From assembly GCA_973895155.1 (NCBI GenBank), contig OZ316891.1, positions 186,001 to 250,000 on the forward strand: a stretch of 64,000 bases of DNA, given 5' to 3'. The stretch is from Marsupella aquatica. Lineage: Eukaryota > Plantae > Marchantiophyta. Of the stretch, positions 56,850 to 64,000 are shown piece after piece (position 1 is the stretch's first letter; every line of letters begins with the position of its first letter). A program made the translations under genes and the position numbers. Below the pieces are notes generated by a model. It saw only the letters and a list, made by a program, of their open reading frames with translations, was not told the origin of the DNA and did no database searches.

Positions 56850-57354
56850 TAGAGAATTATGCCTAGCTAGAATGAGCCTCACCTCACCTCACCTACAGTC
56901 AAAATTGAATCCACGACATCTAGTTTGAGGACGTTGGTATAAACCCAATATAGATGCTTGCAAGGCATGAAAGGCCATCCATGAGAATGGCGACGATAGA
57001 AGTCCTCACAAGAACAGCAGGGGAAAATACAAATCTGCACCCAATAAGTGTTTGCCGTACGAAGTTTCTCTTGGGTCTGGATCTGAAATTGTTTGCCCCA
57101 GGAGTTTCCGATTGAAACATCAAACTGTTGAATCAGTGTCATCGGCTCCTTGTTTGCAGATTCAATTCTTTTGTTGTGTCCTTGTGAAAGATTTGAAGGT
57201 GGGACTGTATTTTTACCATTCCTACTCCAAAGGTGGATATTTGGCTCCAGGAGATTGATTTTCTCAGGGAAAACATTCACATTGATTCGCAAGTCAAATG
57301 GAGATGGAGGAGTCTGATGTCCGGCCTCTGGATTGATCGCAATCCCTTGTTGAG
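56850..57354 (-). pseudogene. Transposase C-terminus with SWIM finger (element 3)
   Basis: CSCEDFYRRHSHGWPFMPCKHLYWV; joins in frame to FLSQQG at 63827. Confidence 0.8.
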
Positions 57355-59178
57355 GGGGTATTTACAAAAGACAGGAACCAGGAAACAATAACAGGAAACA
57401 ATTACTGTTACCAGGAGAATTGGAGGTAAAAACCAAAAAAATCAGACCAAAAAAAGGATTCCAAACAATCAAAATTAAAGCCCATTTGAGTCATTTTCAT
57501 TAAAATAGTCTCATTCCGGAGGAAATATCCCGTTGAGTAGTCCGACATAAATTTGTGATGATTACCAGCGCCCAGCGCTAGTATAAATGAAGCGAATGGA
57601 AATCTGGTAGGGTCTCATAGAAGAAGGAAAAATTAAACGAAAATCTACGTAACCTCAATCGAGAAGACAATGAGCGGCTGAAAATGAGGCAATTCAAATA
57701 AAAAGAGGCAGGGTCATACAACAACAAAATCCGGATCTCATTGCTAGTTTAAACCTCAAAATCACAAAATCCATGTTTAACGCCATCGAGAGGAAAACCA
57801 TACATTGGAGATTGAGCCGATCACAAATTCATTTACTTCAAAAATGGGTGAAAAAATATCACCAAGATTACACGGGCGACGGAAAGCAATGAGTATAAGT
57901 AGCGCCCGACGCTAGCTTAAAACTACAAATCCCGCCCTTCCATGTGTAACGCCATGGAGAGGAAAATGGGTTGATCCGAAAAGCATGTCCTATCAAAATG
58001 GGCGAAAACATATTACCCAGATTACCAAATCCTAACAAAACATTTAGTACTGAAAAACGAATATGGAAAGCATCCAGCTTTAGCAACGCTCGGCGCTAGC
58101 TTAAATATAGCTGCCTAGGAACCTAATCGCCATAGGGTTGCACTCCAAAATAACCTAAGCGACTGCAATTGGAACACCTTTAGCTCTGTGATTGACAGTC
58201 ATCATCGACTCCCGCCCTCGCCGGCTTGTAGTTTTTCTTGAATCCTAAACCCCTGAGCCGAATATAATTGGAAGAGGGAACTCGATGCTCAGCATGAGCT
58301 TGGCCAGGGCCCACAAAATTTGCATCAAGGAAGTCGACGCACCCCAATTGCTCTTGCACACGACGTTCAATGGGCTGCTGACCATCAGCAGGAATGACTT
58401 GATGAAACGAGAACCGATCGTCAAATTTGCGTGGAGTCTGTCGGTCACCAGTCCATAGAATATTTCTCTCCCCAGGACTAATCGCCTTGTCGTAAGGAAG
58501 AGAATTACGGTTCCAAAAAGTTGATGTCTCGGTCTCAGTGTCGACACAAACTGATTCGAAGGAGCTGAAGTGGCTCTCCACCGGTCAAACTCGGGAAGGA
58601 CTGAAGAAGGCAAGCATCTCGTCCAACGACATTGGTTCCCTCCTCTCCATGTGGTCACAACCCAGCTCGACAACGTCCACACGCAGGTCGACAACGTTCG
58701 CACCTTAACATCCGCACCTTAACTTCCGCACCCAACTCGACAACGTTCGCACCTTGCCCTAAAGTCCGCAACCAGATCGACAATGTCTGCATATTTATCG
58801 ACAATGTCCGCACCTTTCTCGACCGTCTCCAAAAGGTTGACATAGTGACTACCAACGGATGGTCATCGGTGGACACCCGTAACATGCGAGCTTCAACGGG
58901 CAGAGGACCGTTGAGTAAAGAGTCAAATCGTGACACGATTATTTTGAAACAGACCAGACTTAATTACGTAACGACAATATACGGATGGCGACAGGATGGC
59001 GACAGAACGCATGAACGATATTATGATGTAAAGGTTCGTGGAAAACTGTGCACATTTGGGGAGCGCCTGGTGCTACTAAACGAAGAGACCAATTTAAAAC
59101 CTTTTACATAAGAAATACATGTACCTCGATAACAGCGCCCGGCACTACTAAAGACAACAAGTGGTTTTTAGATTTTTA

Positions 59179-59524
59179 GAGTAAAGCTACATCATTAGTT
59201 ATCAATGTTTTTCATCAGTCAACCTGATATCAGTCGCCACGTCATCTTAGAGAGGCCGCCAAGTTGGGGCGCCGAAAGAAAATGCGAAAAAAAAAACTTT
59301 TGCGCATCTCAACTGGGGCAGCTGAGATTGACTCAATCTCAGCTGCCCCAGCTGAGATCCTTACGCCGATCTCGGCGAGGTCAGCTGAGATGCGCGAAAG
59401 TGCGAAGGCCCTATCTCAGCTGCTCAGCTGAGATTCAGAAATTTCAAGGCGACCAAACTGATACCTGATATCAGTGACTGATATCAGTTATCAGCCACTG
59501 ATAACTGATGATCCTCGCTACCCC
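59179..59524. mobile_element. 346-bp Mutator-like MITE
   Basis: 9-bp TSD AGATTTTTA (59170-59178 and 59525-59533); imperfect TIRs G(A/G)GTA...ATCATYAGTTATCA; internal CAGCTGAGAT repeats. Confidence 0.8.
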
Positions 59525-59629
59525 AGATTTTTATTATGAGCATATGAAATGAAATACATGTCTTTTCATAACAGCGCCCGGCGCTAGTAAAAGCTGGAAA
59601 AGAAAATTACATCAATTATCTGTTTTTGA

Positions 59630-62600
59630 TTCAGATTCCGATCCAAAGCTCTGTGATATGTCGGTAGAGACTGCTTTGTCATCGACATACTTGCTCTTAG
59701 AAAAGTCATTTAAGACTTTAGGGTTAGGACTTTAAATGACTTTTCTAAGTACAAGTTTCTAGCAAACTTTCTGTCAACTCCTCTTCGAAGGCGGAGACCT
59801 TTGTTTTCCCAGCACAGAGTCCTTTGATTATCCTCCTTCCTCACAGCGTTCTCAGCGTAAGACGGCAAAACAAATGGTTTCTCCGGTGTATCCAAAACGT
59901 GCAACTTTTCTTCTGAGTTGGAAGCGCTTTCTGGTATTCCATTCGGACCTGGGTAGATAACCAAGTAAGACAACCAATTGAAAGATACAATGAATAGCAA
60001 AAAATGCATGAAGGAGCTGGAAAAGAGAAAGAAGCTTACGAGTTTCAGAACATTACTCGGAAGAGTCATCGCTATCACTCTCGCCAGCAGATTGCTCCTT
60101 ACCCCCCCTGAGTTGTCTCCCCGTCCACTTCATCTGCTGTCCCCCCACTTGACTCATCATCGGAGTCAAAATTAAGTACAGACCGGAGCTTGTCCCTCTT
60201 TTTCTTTTTTGGTGGTTGAATTGGGGGAGGCAAGGTTCCTACTTCCTTAGAAGAGAGTAGATTTAAGAACACCTTGGAACCAGTTTCAACAAAATCCTTC
60301 CGATTCTCCAGTCCAATTACAAACCTCCCAGAATAGTCTCCGGCTACAAAAGAGCTACCCGAACCAACTGTCCAATCTATGAAAATGTCCCGAGGACGAG
60401 TGATGAGCTCAATCACAGACTGCATGAATCCAACCGACAAACGGGCATTCCCTGCGAATTCCATCTCAGGTGTTGGATCTATATTGAGAGTGGGAAGCCC
60501 AATTAAATTAGTGATGGAGGGATCTTCTGTAACAGACAGAGGTCTAAACCTCGAGTCCTTGGGTACTTTCCCTTTATGAGATACTCAGCAAAAGACGTCT
60601 AGCCTGAGCGTGAATATCTGCGAGATAAACCAAGAATGATATGTCATTCCATGCATTCATACACATTCTTGAGTGTTAAAAACAGAGATCGCGACTTGGA
60701 ATTTACCTGTTGGTCAGTCTTCGGAGCGTACATAGGAACTAACATAACAACATTGTGTGTTGAGATGCAATGAAACTTCTTCGATTCCTGACATTTGGAT
60801 ATAACCTAAGACATAGGATCGTACTCCCCATTATGCAAAACTGCTAGCATTCCGTCATCTGATAAAAATGGGTCCATTCCACGAAAGAACGATGTTGCCA
60901 GTGTGTGGTCGGGGGTATTCCATTTCGGGACTTTTCTATCTAGCAGCGATGGTTTCAGACCAGTAGGAAGGTAAATGAATCCTGCGTGTACTCCAAATGA
61001 TCTTTCCTTCCCCCCACGGACAATTCCCTTGTCTTGATATCCCGACTTCATGAGGTCCTTTGCCCATTTCTCTACACCATTTACCCAGTCAGGCTTCTCC
61101 TCTTTGTTGAACATTGTGTCATAGAATTCATAGATGCTAGACTCAACCATGCAATGCCTTGAAAGAGTGTTTTTGAAGTCACCAACTTCTCGTTGAACAC
61201 CTGTTGCAGCCGCACTTTCCCGAGCGGAGGATGATCCACCTTCAATTGCCCTTTTTTGTTTCTTTCTAGTACTAACCGCATCTACTGGAGCAATTGACTT
61301 CCCTTTCTCGATGGGTGTAAGTGGGTCAGATGGAGGCGATACAAAGATAGATGTAAAACGGATGTAAAACGCAAAGTATACTAACGCCCGGCGCTGGCCA
61401 AATTTCTCAAAGAGATGGAAGCAAAAATATATATATATATATATTTAGGGTTTAGGGTATATATATACAAATGAGACAAATGAAATCTAACATATATTGA
61501 ATGGCATAGCAGCGCCAGGCGCTAACCAAAGAACTACAAATTATACTTACATTTTTTCCCGGACCTTGTTGATTCACTTGGGACAGCAGTATCAGCTTTC
61601 CCTTTCGTGCAAGGCTTTCGGCTTTAGTCAACGTGAACAACTGTGGTCTCACAGTTCATTTGCAATTCTGTTGTGGACTTATCTACATCATCCGCTAGTC
61701 CCTGCTTCATGTCAGAAACAATATTGATTGGTATCTAGGACTTAGAGAGCTTGTGGAACGCATCCTTTTCTCGGTGATCAAAGGGCGAGTCCCATCTGTC
61801 TGTATCTAGGTACCATGGACAGTGGGTTCTCTCCCATTCACTTAAAGGTCTCGCTGGGAAAATTCCCTCCGCGGGGTACATAGAGTACAAATCAGATACA
61901 TTGTCGCCTTCTGATATTACTGTCCACTTCTGAAAGGCGGCGGGATATGCCCAGAAGTAATCAGGTCTAGTTACTTCCATGTGGATGTAAAATCGGTAGA
62001 GGTACCTTTTTGCTCGCTTCTGGTTCTTGAAAGAGTAGTCCTCTTTGTCCGGATACTTCGAGGGCCACATTGTATTAAAAAACTTACTCTTCACCGAGTC
62101 TCCGTATCTCTTGAAATCATTCGTAACTATATCAATGAGAGCTTCAAAAGATTCACATGCCCAGTCTTGCAAGCGATTCTCGGGAATGGTTTGTTGGACC
62201 TCCCGCAAAGCACACTGTAACATCCCCACTGCAATCCCCTCTACATTGTTCCACGTAATCCAGGTATGACACCACTGTTTTACTGGATCATCATTCACGT
62301 TGTTCGGATGGAAGAATTGCCTTCGGAGCTCAGGATTGCAATGGGCGACAAGCAAAGTACTCCTGAGCTTGGGGTCAAGTGCAGAAACAGCAGTAAAAAG
62401 CCTGGCTCGGTCCATCGTACACAAGACGGTATCAGGTTTCTTCTCTCGTTTATTTCTCTCCGTCACAGCATACATTTCTACGCACGTAGATAGAAAGTCC
62501 TCAAATTCAGGACTCAACAAAGGAGTGATTTTTGATGTTTTCACTGCCCAGTCCTTGGTGGCCTCCTTCATCATTACGGCATGCCTTGTGGAAACCTCCT

Positions 62601-62780
62601 TGGCCGACCAAGGGGTACCTAGGGCCACAGCGGACTCCATGTCAAGCTTGAACTGGTTAGAATATGATTTAATTTTATTCTCACATAGAATATAGACAAG
62701 AGCCTCTTGAGGCATCTTCTTCGTGTACCAGGATCCTTTCCGCGTCTTCAGCCTGATCTGCTCAAACTTCTTATAATTGG
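59630..62780 (-). pseudogene. 3' part of the cargo gene, with a beta-class N4/N6 DNA methyltransferase-like domain (about 60250-60990)
   Basis: HAGFIYLPTG (degenerate DPPY position)...KWN...FLSDDGMLAV, then ITRPRDIFIDWTVGSGSSFVAGDYSGRFVIGLE (SAM-binding motif I); intron 60618-60706. Confidence 0.7.
61427..61467. repeat. (TA)n microsatellite with embedded (TTTAGGG)2
   Basis: Seen directly, in an intron of the cargo gene. Confidence 0.8.
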
Positions 62781-62796
62781 TCTATGATCCTGGATG

Positions 62797-63121
62797 AGAG
62801 GAAGCTATGATCCTGGATGGCGAGTGGGATGTGGGTATTGGAATTGCATGTGGGAAGCAATTCAAAATCCGGACCCACGAGAACCTTCGATCCCCAAACA
62901 CTTACTTTGTCCAAATTTGCGTCTTCCCAACCTGTTCCTGTGAGGATTTCTTCCGTCGTCATTCTCGTGGCAAGCCATATATGCCTTGTAAACATTTGTA
63001 TTGGGTGTTTATAAATGTCTTCAAGTTTCATGTAGAGGAGTCTACCCTGTGTATCCAGCCCATTTTCACAGTTGCGGAAGTTAGACTCGTGCTGGATAGG
63101 CAGAACGTGAATGGTTTGTAG
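62797..63121 (+). pseudogene. Transposase 3' remnant with SWIM finger (element 2)
   Basis: RKAMILDGEWDV...CSCEDFFRRHSRGKPYMPCKHLYWV is homologous to 47668-48006. Confidence 0.85.
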
Positions 63122-63826
63122 AGTAACACGACATTCTAGAGATTGTCGTTTTTCGTAACAGATACTATGGTTTTTGTCTGTAGTCAACGGATATTACACT
63201 TGTTTTTTCTTTCTTTTGGTTAGCGCCTAGCGCTGGTTCCAGAACATTAATATTTTTAAATTTTCAATTTTATCTAGTTATTTTCATGTCGTTGTCCCTT
63301 AACTTAAACTTTTGTCCCTGTTAAAGCTTTGTTAGCGTCGGGCGCTAGTTTTCACACTCTGTCTGGCTCCAATATTGCAAATTCCAGAACCCTTCTTCGC
63401 CGATCGGTTGTTTAAGCCTATAACTGGATTTAGGGTGGGTCCTACCCTAAATTACTCCATCCCTGCATGGATTTTATTTTTCCTTCTCGTAGGCCGAACT
63501 GCGCTTTCTGAACTGGACTATTCTGAAATGATGTTGTATCTAAATAGCAGGGATATTGAAGGACGACATTATTCATGTAGAACAAATGGACACTCGGTTT
63601 GGAACCTCTCTTTGCAGCTATGACCACACCCTTGGCTTATATCTGACCTCGTCACATTTGGCACTAACAAGACGTTCAACTTGATGATGTGGTGGAAAAT
63701 GACGTTAATTTTTTGCAAACTTAGCCAAAAAAGTACACTTTTACCATAAGACTTTCCTGTTACCAGTTAAGAGTTATCTGATAACAGGAATTCTGTTACC
63801 TGTTTCCTGTCACCGCTGTTATACCC

Positions 63827-64000
63827 TTGCTGAGATAGGAATTGGACCTCAACTTCCGAAAGATTTGTGCCCTTCAAAACGGGCAGGGTATGAGGAAACG
63901 GGGGAAGATTCACCACATTACGACGGGGCCGACTCTTATAGCATGCATTATTGGGACAGAACCAAATCATCTCAGGATATGGTTCTCCCTTGAACATGCG
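63827..64000 (-). pseudogene. Transposase of element 3, upstream part
   Basis: MIWFCPNNACYKSRPRR...KGTNLS matches 48200-48350 of element 1. Confidence 0.8.

Larger units (their letters stand above)
57355..63826 (+). mobile_element. Mutator-like element 2, internally deleted derivative (about 6.5 kb)
   Basis: GGGGTA...TACCC ends with ACAGGAAAC subterminal repeats; 8-9-bp TSD (C)TTGTTGAG/(C)TTGCTGAG with one mismatch. Confidence 0.85.
56237..64000 (-). mobile_element. Mutator-like element 3, inserted in the cargo gene of element 1; runs off the window
   Basis: Terminus GGGCATCACCACCGAGATAGGAAACAGG; transposase C-terminus at about 56850-57354 and 63827-64000. Confidence 0.75.

Noticed and set aside
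54113-62780. ParB/methyltransferase region as bacterial contamination
   Set aside because: It has GT-AG introns and lies within TIR/TSD-bounded plant transposons

Overview
This is plant-type genomic DNA (TTTAGGG repeats, GT-AG introns) made almost entirely of nested transposable elements; I recognise no ordinary host gene. Positions 1-16 kb hold decayed Ty3/gypsy elements and LTRs. Positions 17136-45950 are a CACTA transposon (31-bp TIRs, AGC target duplication) carrying its transposases plus an EDM2-like PHD cargo and a Pol-lambda-like tandem-BRCT cargo. Inside it sits a young, intact 15.5-kb gypsy element (21554-37025, TSD TGAAG) whose 4,624-bp LTRs each encode a ~1,200-aa protein. Positions 46947-64000 are three nested Mutator-like elements. 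The best candidate for an undescribed system is this Mutator-like family. Opposite its GCM-like/MULE/SWIM transposase it carries a gene with a ParB/Srx-like N-terminus and a beta-class N4/N6 DNA-methyltransferase-like C-terminus, and its non-coding DNA holds about 23 copies of a 15-bp palindrome, TAGCGCCNGGCGCTA. All domain calls were made by eye from motifs; no database search was run.
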